Shown here one piece after another: positions 10,467 through 22,376 of a stretch of DNA of 64,000 nt. This stretch comes from Lama glama. Lineage: Eukaryota. Each line of letters begins with the position of its first letter. Position 1 is the first letter of the stretch. A program made the translations under genes and the position numbers. The notes beneath the pieces were generated by a model. That model had not been told where the DNA came from. It saw only the letters and a program-made list of their open reading frames with translations, and did not search any database. The stretch spans positions 1,056,001 to 1,120,000 of the forward strand of contig CM052817.1 of assembly GCA_028534125.1 (NCBI GenBank), in the 5' to 3' direction.

Positions 10467-12229
10467 ATCAGAGTGGATGGAACTGGGCTCCGTGCTTCCT
10501 TGAGGGGTGCCCTCGGTTCTGGGCCAGGAAGGGCTGCTCTCCTGGACACGCTGGGCTCCTCCTCCCGGGGAGGAGGGGCCCTGCCCTGTGCTGGCAGCCC
10601 TGGCAGGGGGCTCCACTGCAGGCTCGGGTGTCTGTCCACCTGTCTGACACCTCCTTGGAGCAGGTGTGGGACACAGGTGGCCAGTATCAGGCCCACCTGG
10701 GAGAAGCAGTGGGCCCCTGTGTCCGTAGGGGAGGGAGGGTGATGTGGGGTTGGGGGTTCAGGCTAGGGAGCGGGACGTGGAGGTGGGTCGGGGGCACTGA
10801 GGTTCAGGGTGGACACACACACCTAGCCTTGTCCAGGGGTCCTGAGCCAGCCCACCACGGACAGCTCTCCACGTCAGGCTTCCTCTGCCCACACTGGCCC
10901 TGGCCTGGCTCCCCTTGCGGGAGGGAACATCCAGCAGGTTCTGCCCTTCCCAGCCACGAGGGTCAAGCCCCTCCCCTCCCCGGGGATGGCTAAGGAGAAA
11001 CAGCGTCAGGCCTGCAGGTGCCAGCACTGCCCGCCCACCCACGTGGGGGGCATCAGCTCCCAAGGATGGACAGTCATTTGAGTGAGATGTTTCGTGCGAA
11101 GCCCAGCAGTGGTCTTGCCTCTGAGGTGACAGAGCATGCAAACACTGCCACGCAGGTACACGGACACAACCCAGGCAGCGGCAGTTCTGGAATGTTCCAC
11201 CACACGGTGGTCAGCCCTGGCCACCTAGACCCTGCACACCCCTGAAACCAGTGACAAGGTCTTGACGCCATGAGAAAAATGGGCCTGGCATGCTGAACTG
11301 TGATGACCCACATCGCCCTGTGTCCCGTGGGCCCTGCAAGGGAGGTGGGCGTGTGGGGGCCAGTCCCCACTGAGACAAGAGCGGTGTCAGCATGTGCGGG
11401 AGGGAGCCCTGCCCGCCCCTGGAGCTGCGTCTGGGCGCCGGCTCATGCCTGCCCTGCCTGGGCGCCGGGACGCCACATTTAGAGGGGGCATACAGGGCCC
11501 AGACCCAGGCAAGGCCGTGGTGGGAGAGGCTGGTCTAGCAATGGGCTCTCAGGGCCGAGACGGGATAGCAGGGCAGTGGTACAGGATGAGGGCTCAGCAG
11601 CGACCTCACTGGCACACTGATTGGCCGTGTGCACTCGTACAGGGATGTAACTCGCCGTGCCTCAGTTCCCCATGGTGTATGGGGGCTCGTATCGGCCTCT
11701 GCCACAAGCTGCTGCAAAGCTCAAGGCGCGCAGGCTGGGCCCTCCCTCGACACTGGAGGGTCTGTGTGGACGGCTTTGAGAGCAGACTTGAGGGGAGCCA
11801 GCCCGCTTGCAAGGGCTGGTAACTAGCCTACACGAGGCTCCTGGAAAGACTGCAGCACCTAGGCATGTGTGACTCCAGAGGCCCCGGCCTGGCCAGGTGA
11901 CGACCTGTGCACAGGCCCGCTGGCCCTCAGGAGGAGTCGGTCAGGGTCCCTAGCCCAAGGTCTGCAGGCTGTGTTCTCGTCCAGCACACCGCTGCCCTCG
12001 GGGATGGCCTGGAGGGAGGTGTCTGGCTGTGGGAGGCTCGGGAAACTGGCAGGGAGAGTGCTGCGGGGGCTCCAGGCTGCCGGCCGCTCCTGGGTCACCG
12101 GCCAGGTGGTGAGCAACTGTCGGCCTGGAGAAACCCAACGCCACCCCAGCTCCACAGGAGAGGGGCCGAGGCTGTCCGCCCCGGGCCACCCTGGTTGTGG
12201 CCGAGGGGCCGAGGGCTACGGACACGGCA

Positions 12230-12235
12230 TTTATC
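12230..12235 (-). terminator. POLN: Candidate POLN poly(A) signal, weak variant GATAAA
   Basis: tttatc on + strand, ~190 nt past the ancestral stop; no canonical TTTATT seen between 10500 and 12426. Confidence 0.35.
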
Positions 12236-12425
12236 ACCCACCGGAAGAATTCACTCGGCCAGGGATGAGGACGGCTGCCCAGGAGGCGTTTACTCGGAGT
12301 GCCCCAGCCGCCCTCGTCCAAGGGGGAACGTGGCCCTGCCGCGGTACAAAGTGCCTGACTGACCTTGGGGAAGGCCACACAGCGGGCTGGTGGAAACCAG
12401 TTCTCTTCGCTGCTGTTGCCTGGGG

Positions 12426-12611
12426 CTACAGACAAAATGAAGGCGAGAAATGCACACACTAGGGGTTGGCGCTGACGAGGGGCCCAGGGGTGGCTGAGTG
12501 GTTGCTTGGAGACTCGGCAGGACGTTGGTGGGGCCGAGGGCCTGGGGCCTCCTGCAGGGGTGTCAGGTGTCCCCACGAGCGGCCGGCTCTCAGGCTCACC
12601 TTCAGGGGCAC
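12426..12611 (-). CDS. POLN: POLN terminal coding exon; premature TAG at 12459-12461, ancestral-type TAG at 12426-12428
   Basis: Acceptor cccgcAG|; VPLKVSLRAGRSWGHLTPLQEAPGPRPHQRPAESPSNHSATPGPLVSANP*CVHFSPSFCL*. Confidence 0.9.
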
Positions 12612-13774
12612 CTGCGGGTGGCAGCCAGAGGTGAGCGCCAGGCCTGGGCCAGCCCTTGCCGGCCACCTCCCAGGCCCTGCGCAGGTGGCTGAGGGCCCAC
12701 AGTGCATAGGCAGCCACTTGTCCAGAGACACCTGGTTAGACCTAGCCACAGCAGCTCTGCCACGGATGAATGCACACTCAGACTCACAATAACCGGCCGA
12801 CAGGCTCACAGGACACCTGCCCGGTCATGACGCCTTGACCTTGGCTGTCTCTACTCCTTGTCATGGCCCCTGTGCAGCAAGCAGGCCTGAAGGGCTGGGA
12901 CTAGCAGGTGCTCGGTGGGGGGGTGTCCCGGGGCAGCCTGTGCTCCCTGGGGGATTGCCTGGTGCCAATCCAAGAGGTGCCAGAGGGGCCTGGAGAGCCC
13001 CCCAGGGACCTGATCCTGAGCAAGTCCTTGACCACCAAGGCTCAGCAGCTCCCTGTCAACAGGAGGGTGGGGGGCACCCACAGCTGGGCCCCTGCCACCC
13101 CCTCGGCTGCTAGTGGGGGGGGCTTCCTGGGCTTCCGGGGACCTGGGGCCTCCCCGCCTCCACCTGCTGCAGGAGCAAGCACAGACTACTCCAGAACACA
13201 GGGCCACAGTGCGCACTTACACGGCCTGTTCCCCTGAGGAAGGGAGGCCACCGTGGGACAACGGCCACTCTTCCCTGCCGCCCTTCCAGTGGCTTCAAGT
13301 TGCCTCCTGAATGACAGGGCAGAGTCCCCGATCCTGCCCTGGCTTTCAGGGCCTCCTTGTGATCCCTCCACATTCTCCACCACCTGGGGAACCTAGACCC
13401 AAAAGTCTTTCTGGTGAGGACCCGGAGCCCCTCTGAGAGTAACCAGACGGGAGTCGGGCGGGGGAGCGGCCAGCTTGGAGATCTGATGGGTGCCTCCCCA
13501 GGCCAGCCCCGGAGCCCGTGGCTTCTCTCAGGCTGACGGGACACAGCTTGTCAGGGGGTAACCTGGCTCCTCTGCAGGGCAGATGGGGGAGGGCAGCAGT
13601 CTGGGGGCCAAGGTGCTGCAGAGGGGGGTGCTGTGGCCCCTGCCTGGCTCTTCTGCCCCTGGGGAGCAGGGCTCCTCTCCCCTCCCCTCCCTCTGGCTGT
13701 GAGTGCGCAGCTAGGGGCGGCCTGGCCGGGTTGAGGGTGACCTGCCCGGCTCCTGCCCCTCCCCGCTCCCCTAC

Positions 13775-13836
13775 CTGCAGCTGCAGCTCCAGCGCCGGCA
13801 TGTGCTTCAGGGACTCCATGGTGCCCCTGACCAGGG
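13775..13836 (-). CDS. POLN: POLN exon (62 nt)
   Basis: ttgtcctAG| ALVRGTMESLKHMPALELQLQ |GTAGGG. Confidence 0.93.
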
Positions 13837-16126
13837 CTAGGACAAAGGCAAGAGAGAGGCGGCAGCCTGAGCCTCCCTGGGTGGGGCTGGTGCCAGGAGG
13901 GCCCCCAGGCCCCAGGCTCCCCACCTATTTCCTGACTCCACACAGTCACCCTCCCCTGCGCTGGCTGTCCTGGCACTCCCCACGAGGCCCCCTGGCCCAT
14001 TCCAGTTCCCACTGGCCGTGTCCAAGACTCACGCTTGAAGGTGCCTTAACCCAGCCCCAACTGTGGGTCCCAGGGACGAGGGGGCCTCCAGGCCCCCGAG
14101 CAGTGCTGTGGCCCCACCCACATGTTCCTCTGCTGCCCTAGGCCGGGCCAGGCAGGCAGGGCAGGTGCTAGCCGGGGCCTCCGCTCTTTGTCCAGAAGGC
14201 TCTGGGGCTGGGAGGAGTGGGGGGTGCGGGGCAACCCCGGCTGGCCAGGGTGGTCTGGGCAGGGCAGCCTGTGCTCCCTACCAAAGTCCCTGTGAAGTTT
14301 CATGTGACAGTGAAGTTGTCAGCAACTCTGTGGCACTGGAGGTTGGGGCTCGGGGCTTGGTCACCACAGGGCCTGGGGAAAGAGGGCAGCCTGGCAGGGA
14401 GGGGTAGGCTGGCGCAGGGTTTGCTCCAAACCCTCTGCCCCGTTGGTAAGTGAGTAGTTCGTTCTGTCCTACTAAGTTATCTGACATTTCAGCCCAACGA
14501 TGGCAAAGGAAACTCCCAAGGAACAGGCGGTGCTGCCTTGTTCTCGGTCCTCCATGGCCCCAGGGTAACTGGCTGGCTCCCTGGAGTTCCCAGGGCAGGG
14601 CCAGCAGCTACCTGAAGGCCTCGCTGCGCTCTCTGAGGATGCAGATGGACACTGGTGGTGGCAGGGGTCGTGGTCGGTCGCTGTGGCTCCTGGGTCGGGC
14701 TGTGGGCAGTGGGCGGTGTCGCCCCGGGCTCTTGGCCTGCTGGGCTCTCAGGGAGCCCTGCGGAGGGGCCCTGGCCACCCTGTCCAATTGCTTCTCACCC
14801 AGGGAAGTCGGGACCTTGGCACCCCTCACCCTGCTGGGGCTACACTGGGTGTACAGACAACGCCAGGTCTTCCTGTGTGTCCCCTTCTTTGTGTGACTGG
14901 CTGAATGAGTGATCCCAAGTAATCACTGTGCAGAGGGGCAGTGACTGTCGAGCAGAGCTGGCCCCTAGCCCAGGGCTCTCCCTGTGGGTCACCTACTGTT
15001 GCTAGCCTCCACCATGAGGGCAGGGTCCCTGGGCCTGGTGTCTGCCCCATGGGCCACTGGCAGGTGTGCCTTGACCACCCAACATTTCAGAGGTGGCTGC
15101 CAGCCCCCTGACACCAGGGTCACCTGTCTCACTGTCCCTGGTGGCGTTGTGGCCCAGAGCTTTCCAGGCACGGTGCTGGTGGTACCTCCAGAGTGCTGGC
15201 CGGCGGCCAGGAGGCCCCCGTGTCCCGCCGGGAGCCACAGGGAGCCTTGCCTCCCTGCCCGTGGTGGCGCCCAGGACAAGGGGGTGTTAGATGGTTCCTA
15301 GGGTGCTCCCTCCAGGGCTGGGACTTTTTTTCTTTTTTAACTAGCATGTCATTCACACCAAATGGTTTGTTTCAGGCTTATTATTTCCAAACAGATTTCA
15401 GAGGACATAGCCTCGGTGTAGGATGGCTGAGGACAGTGGTCTCACCATTTCACTGGGCAGTTCTCTGAAGGGAAGCGGGTGGTGGGGCTGAGGGAGGGCT
15501 CAGCCAGCGTCACTTGGGAGCTGATCTGGAGGCTGCCCCCCCCAACTCCTTCCAACCTCCAAGCCGCCCCACAGACCCTGCCAGGGCATAGCGGGGCCAG
15601 GGCCCTTCCGGCTCCTGCTCTTGCCCGAGAGGCGGGATAGAGGGCCTCCCCACTGCGGGACGGGCATTAGGGGGTCCAGGCTCTCCCTGAGGACTGAGTT
15701 GGGGGGCAGGTGGCCTCTGGCTTCACAGAACCGACAGCCGGTGGCGATGTGTCTGAGAGGGCAGGGCGGGGCCCAGGCTTGGAGCCTGCGCTGAGCCACC
15801 CCGACGCCCCCGCACTAAGCCCACTGTTGGTCCCATGGCCTGGCTCCCGCTAGCCTGGCAGGTCCCAGTGCCGCCTCCGTCTTTCCAGGGCCCCACCATA
15901 GAACACCTGGTGCTCCTGAGAGCTGCTGGCCAGGGTGTGGCCATCCAGGTCTTTCAAGGGCCCCCAAACCAGGCTGGCCCTCCTGCAGCCCCTGCCCAGG
16001 TGACACAGTAGGAGGCAGGGAGGGGGACTGGGACTATGAGCCAGGTGGGGGGCCCAGCCAGGTGTCCCTAGAGAGATGCTTCAACTATCTGTGGAATAGA
16101 AGCAACCCTGGCTACTCAGGGCTCAC

Positions 16127-16194
16127 CTGCAAACTCAGGAATCTGAGAATCCTCCACTTCAAAGAGCAGCTCATCGTGAATCTGGGCAACCAGC
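16127..16194 (-). CDS. POLN: POLN exon (68 nt), polymerase motif C
   Basis: tcttcc[31 protein letters not shown]; catalytic HDE intact. Confidence 0.96.
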
Positions 16195-19100
16195 CTGGAA
16201 GACAGGTGGGGGGGGGGAGCCACCCTGGCGTGTGGGCCTTCCACTCTCTGCCCCTGTCCCAACAAGGGGCGTCACAGGGCCGTGGCACAGGGGCAAGTGC
16301 GGGGGTCGGGGCTGGCCTGGCCTCCAAGGTCCTGGTGCAAGGCGCTCAGGAGGTGGCGGCTCGGCAGGGGGTGGAGAACCCGGCCTGGGGCCTGTTGGCT
16401 GGGGTTACCCACCGTCACCAGGCCAGCCTCCAGGGGGAGAACACAGGTTACAAGTGACTGGCGACCGGAGGCAGAGGGCCCATCCCGACCGGGGAACATG
16501 CAGGGGACGTGGTGGGGTTGAGCATTTCCGAGAAAAGAGCCCCCTCAGCCCACCACAGGGTGGGGGCCCTGATGGGGACTTGGGAGCAGGCTGACCACGG
16601 GGAACGCTGGGAGCACCTCCCACTTTGCACATTGGCTTAGGGGAAGGTGGTGGGAGGGGCGGTGCTCTCGTAAAAGTTTACTTTTGAAATCAAAGAAATA
16701 CTTAATAAAATTTTGAAAGTACATCAAATTTCAAAAGTGCAGAATGAAAAATGCCCTTAGTACCCCACCTACCAGAGCCCGCTCCAGGTCCAACCATGGG
16801 GGCACGTGGGTGCCCGGCCAGGACTGGACTTCTTCCCACAAAGTCGAGACCACCCTGCGGGCACACGTCCTGCTCACAGGTCCTGGCCCACAGCCTGGGC
16901 ACCCCGCAGCTGCCCTCCTGGCCGCTTCCTGCCCTGAGATACCCCACCCCCCAGCCAGTCCTGGCCCCGGGCTGAGGCCCATGGACTCCACCACAAGCCC
17001 GAGAGGTCAGCGCTCATTCTGGCTTCCTCAGCTGGGCGAGTCCCTGCTTGGTGCCCTGGCCAGCCTCCATCGGTGGCCCCTCTCTAAGCCCCCTCAGGCC
17101 CCCCTTGCAAGAGCGTCTGTCCAACCTGTCTCAGGTGAGGAAGTGGGAGATGGGGGCGTGGACGCTGCAGTGGAAGGAGGCATGGGGTTAACAAAGTCAC
17201 TGCTGAGGGGCAAGGGGCCCTGGGAGGGCTTAGGCTCAAGTGCCAGGGGCGGGCAGATGCACCTGTGCGCCTGGGGCAGGGGTAGAGGAGGGGACACTCC
17301 AGTGATCGGCTCTGGAAGCTCGGTGTTGGCCATACGGAACTCAGCTTAGCAGGGTCGGGCCAACAGGGGCCAGATGTCCCCGCTCTCAGAAGGTGGGGTC
17401 TCGGTTGGCTTACATGCTTCATGCAGATGACACCTGCTAGGGCTGTGACCCCAGCCCCGGTCCCAGCCCCGCCTTGGGGTGGAAGATGGGGGCTCGCCTT
17501 GTACAGCAGGGAGGGGTGGTGGTGCAGGTGACCCGCAGGACGATTTCGAGGGCCTGCAGCCCACTGCGAAGGCTGCTAGGCATCCTTCCAGGGGTGGTCG
17601 CCGAGTGCGCTGCTCTTTGTGTGACCTGGTCTCTGTCTCCAGGACCCAGCTTTTGAGGGCAGGGGCCACGTCTGGTCCTCGTCATCTTGCTGCCTGTCCA
17701 CAGAAGGCACGGTGCTAGCAAGGAGGGGCGGCGCACGGCAGGGCAGCTGGAGCTGGGCAGCGGAGGGGAGGGGAGCCCACCGGGTGGAGGCAGATTGTGC
17801 TGGTGCCCTCCGAATATGTGCAGGGCTTTGCCACGAAGTGTGGGGGCTGCCCAACCCACTCTTCCCCTTTCTTTGTGGTTGGGTGGGGGGTAGACGAGGT
17901 TATGTTCCCAGCCACCTGAGGCGTATACCCTCCATCTTCCAGGAAGGCTCTTTAGAGGGCTGACTTGGTGGGGGTGGGGGTCAGCCACCCTTTCCATCGC
18001 CACCACTTTCTCCTTTTGCCTGCAAGGCATTTTGATCGCTGGCACCGCCACCTCCATCACGGCACCAGGAGGAAATGGCCAGGGAGCCAGAAGGACCTCA
18101 GTCCTGCCGCCCTGAACCTCGAACCAAAGTCAGCCACTGTGGTCTCTGGACTCTCACAACGGGGGAAGAGCCCACCCACCTCTTGGAGTCTGAGCTGCTG
18201 TGACCAGGCCGGGCACATCCTCATGGGAATTAACCCACAGGCCAGGCTGGTTCCAGACCCTGGAGCAGGCTGCTGGCCTTCCCTCCGCAGCCCCCTGAGG
18301 GGGACCTGTATTGCACGCGCAGCCTCCAGGAAGTTAGACCAGGCCGGCAGCCTGGCACGCGCTTTCGTAAGTTAACTTCAAGGCCTCTGGTGGGGTCTCT
18401 GCCTCCCAAGAGGACTTCGTTTTCAAATGGGCAGAAACCTCAGACAGGCACTTGTAACTTTTCCCAGATTTAGCAGAAACAGTCTTCACACTTCTCAAAA
18501 TCACATTGTGAAATTCTGAGCTGCTGGTGTGGCAGCAACCTAAGAATAGGTCTGACTTCGTAGTCACTTACACTGCACTCTCACAGCTGACGGCGACATG
18601 ACCATATTGCTAAGCGGAAACTGGGGCACAGGAAAGGAGGAGAAGCGGAGACGCCCTGAGGTGGGCAGGTGAATGCAGGTGTCAGACCGTTTCCCAGGAA
18701 GCAAGCGGACTGCTGAGGTAACGGCCATCCTTCTGTTCCACACTGGCTGACATAACAGGCCGCCAAGAACCACGCTCCTGTGGGGAGGTTCCAGCAGAGC
18801 CTCACCTCATCTCCCTGTGGCCCTGTGGCCTGCGGTCCGTGCATCCATGGCCTCCCGTCCGGGCGCCCCCAGCTCTGGTGCAGGCCGCCATGAGGACCCA
18901 TCTTGAGAGCACAGGTGCGTGCGGCCCCAGTCCCTGCTGGCCCAGCCCTGGGGCTCCCTCCCTGCGCCTTCCACAGCCTGGCTGCAGTCCTGGAGGGGAT
19001 GTGGTAAGGCCCACGCCCCTGCTGTCATGCAGGTGCTCAGCCCTCCCCCACTGCTGTTGTCTGGAAATGCACGTATCCCCGCCAGACGGCCCCCCGTGGG

Positions 19101-22100
19101 AAGGATCCCTCACCGGCCCCTCGGCGTGGCTGCCCTGGCCCCATGCCAGCTACAATGGCGTCTGGGGCTGTGGACCCCTGGGGCCTGGGACTCGGACACC
19201 CAGCCTGTGATGCAGGGACAGCCTGAACCCGCCCTCCCAAGCTGCATGGGGCTGCCTGCCTTCATGGCCAAGCTGATTAGCTCTCTGCACACTAACCACG
19301 CACCCACCACCCGTGACCACAGGACTTGTGTTAAGGGAGCCTGGGAGGGGCAGAGGAGGTGGGAACTGTGGGTGGGGAAGGGTGGTGGCCAGACCCTGGG
19401 ATGTCCATCTTCATCTGCCCTCCTGCCTGTGGGGGGGGGCCTCTGCCCTGGGGGCATCTTAAAGGAATGGCCAGGGCAGGGGTCAGCATGCTCTTGCTCT
19501 CCCCCCACCACTCCTCAGGGGCTCGGTCTCTAAGCCTGGCCCACCTCAGCCCCCGCAGTCCCTCTTGCTGTCAAGGTGAGGTCCTGTTAACTCAGCCTCC
19601 CTGTTGGACCAGTGTGGTGGTCTTCCTGCCCCTGGAAGTCCCACCTCCCATCAACCTGCTCAGGCCAGGGGCTGTAGGCCTCCCACCCGCTGCCCTGTCA
19701 CGGGAAGTCCAGGCCCTGCTGCCCCTCCAGCCCCTCTGGGCCACTCCCCACTGCCTGGCTGATCCTGGTGCCGCTCCTGGGCCCTGGGCACCTTGTCCGC
19801 CCCTCTCTGAGGCCTGGAGAGCAAGCGTCCACGGAGCGAGGAGGCCTGATCACAGGTGCCCTCGGGTTGCTGTATATTGCAAGGTGGTCAGAGGCAGAGG
19901 GCAGCGGGTGTGGCCAGCAGACGACCCCATGTTCTACAGACACCCCTGCACCGGCCCTGCTGTCCCTGTGCCCAAGGGCAAAGGAGCACAGTAAGCGTCC
20001 TCCTGAGGCGGCCACCGCCGTCCAGACGGGGAAGCAGGTGGGGTACGGCCCCGCCGTGAGGCCGGGGCAAGGAGAAGCTGCCGCTCGCGGGGGGCCCGGT
20101 GCCGGTCCAGCTCTGCGCAGACCTGGACACGCGCATTGTGCTCTGAGCCTCAGTTCCCTTCTCTTTGCTCAGGTGTTGGCGCCAACAGCCTTCAAGGCTT
20201 CTCTCCAGCTCTGATATGTTCTGATAACTACAAAGGCCCTGCGTGGAGATTCCATGTCAGAAGGGAGGGAGGCCACCCATGCCAACAGCTTGCTGTGAGG
20301 CCGGGTGAGCTCTCTGGGCTACAGCGGAGCTCAGTCAGCAGCGCACCTGCCCTCCTCCCTGAGCCCGTGGGCAGGGGTGGGGCTGCCCCGCGACTGCAGC
20401 CTGTGGGGCCCTCCGGGCGACTGGATGAGGTGCCTCAAGCCTCCCAGTGTCTTGTTTCGGCCACGGTGCTCCAGGCAGTTAGCAGCTCGCGCTTGGCCCA
20501 CGTCTGCCCTTCCTTCCGCTTCTATTATCTCAGGAAGAGCAGCTCAAGTTTACATAGTGTAGACGGCCCCAGCACTGCACACCCGCCTGCTCTGGTTTCT
20601 TAAGTGGCACGATGTGGTTAATGTGTTTTGTCATGAAAAGCATTTCCTGAAGACAACAGAGGGCCGGTGGCGGACAGATGACCAGCCAGGTCACTGAATT
20701 CCTGAGTAAGGAGTGTCCCCCAAAGCCCTGAACCTCACGTCAGCTTCCTTATCAGCCCCTCAGAACCGGGGAGCAGACCAGACTTCCCGGACACAAGACA
20801 TCGTGGACGTACAGCCAGGATGGCGAGCCAGCCTGGGCTGCGAACCCTCTTTCCCACTTCACCCCACAGAAACCACGGACTCAGGACCCCAGCAGAAAGC
20901 CATGAAGAGCCCTGGATGGCACTGGCTTGCGCATGTTGGGGAGGGAGCAGCAGCAGGGAGAGCTGGCGGGAGAAACCCAGCGAGAGGTCGCCTGCTCGAG
21001 GTCTGCAGAAACCAGAGCAGAAACCAGAGCAGAGCAGGCAGCCGGGCCCCAGGGCGGGGCTTTGACCCTCCTCTCCGCCCAGGCCGCTTCTCCCGTCTCC
21101 TTTCTGGGACGCTGCCTTGCACTCCCAGGCAGGGCCTTCGCTCAGGACACACTTCTGAACAGAGGTGCTGAAGTCACCGAAAGAACATAGGCTCAAAAGT
21201 CAAAGTGAACAGGAGCAAACAGTTGAAGAAGCAAAGGCAAAGCTGCGACAGAAAGAAGAAAGGTCTCAGACACGGAGAAAGCAGTGCGCCCCGAGAACGC
21301 ACAGTTACATCGGAAGCCAAGATGGGAAAGGCGCCCATAGGCAAGCAGGTCCCTGTGTCCCAGAGGTGGCGGGAAGAGAGCCCAGCTGGCCCCTCTGCAG
21401 GTGCCACACCCGAGGGATGAAGGGGAGTGAGCACGCCGCCTCAGGGTGGCGCTGGGGAGCCACAGCTCCTCCTCCTCGCAGTGGACACTCTGAGCACCCA
21501 CGAACGGCCCCTCGGCAGGGAAGGCCCACTCTGGCCCATCCAAGGTCATGTTCCTCCTGGGGGTCCCTGGGGTGGGGCGGGCAACCACACCGGAGGCCAG
21601 GGAGGGAGGGAGCCAGGCCTGCCGGGGTCTGACGCACCCGCTTCTCTAGGGGACGCCCAGGTGAGCCGCCAGGGAGGGAGCCTGGGTTCCGGAGCAGAGC
21701 CCACCCCTCCCCCCCCACCAGGGCCAGGGCCTCGGGTGCCCCGGAGGGGTGGCTCTGGGCCAGCAGAGTGGGGGACGAGGACTCCTTGTTGCCCGGACAC
21801 CAGGACGCCGCACTCAGGATGTGCGCTGCAGGGGCAACCGAGGCAGAGACAGACCTGAGAGGGCCACGTCCTGGGGAGGCTGTGGGGCAGGGCTGCCCCT
21901 ACCCACCTCTGGGTGGGCAGCTGCGCATGGTGCCCCTTGGGCTGCACCAGAAGGGGTCCAGATGCACCAAGAGGAGGGCTGGGGAGCTGCATTTCTGCAC
22001 CAGGCAACCTGGGGAGACCTCACCACGCCTCAAGGAGAGCAAGCCCTTGGCTGCCTTGCACAGCCCCAGCCCCAGCCCCACAAAGGGCCACCCGGGCAGA

Positions 22101-22297
22101 GCCGAGAGCAGCTTGGCCAAGGGGCCCCCCTGCTGGGGGTGGCATGCTCGCCACATCCAGACACATGGAAGGGACTGGCCCAGCCAGACTCACAGGACAG
22201 CACCCTCCCGCCCTCCCACCTCCACCCCGAGCGCTGGGGAAGGGGGGTCCATGCTGGGCTGGGCCCTGGCAGCCTGGCCACCCGCTCGCTCACTGAC

Positions 22298-22376
22298 CTG
22301 GCCGTCAGGGTCGGGGAAGCGGCCACCGCGGTGAAGATGCGGATCATGGCCATCTTGCAGAGGTCCGCGGCTGAGC
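22298..22376 (-). CDS. POLN: POLN exon (79 nt)
   Basis: gccctcAG| GSAADLCKMAMIRIFTAVAASPTLTAR |GTCAGT. Confidence 0.96.

Larger units (their letters stand above)
6032..10490 (+). other. NAT8L: Probable long NAT8L 3' UTR
   Basis: No AATAAA seen between the stop codon and 10461; several AU-rich blocks typical of 3' UTRs. The end point is inferred. Confidence 0.6.
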
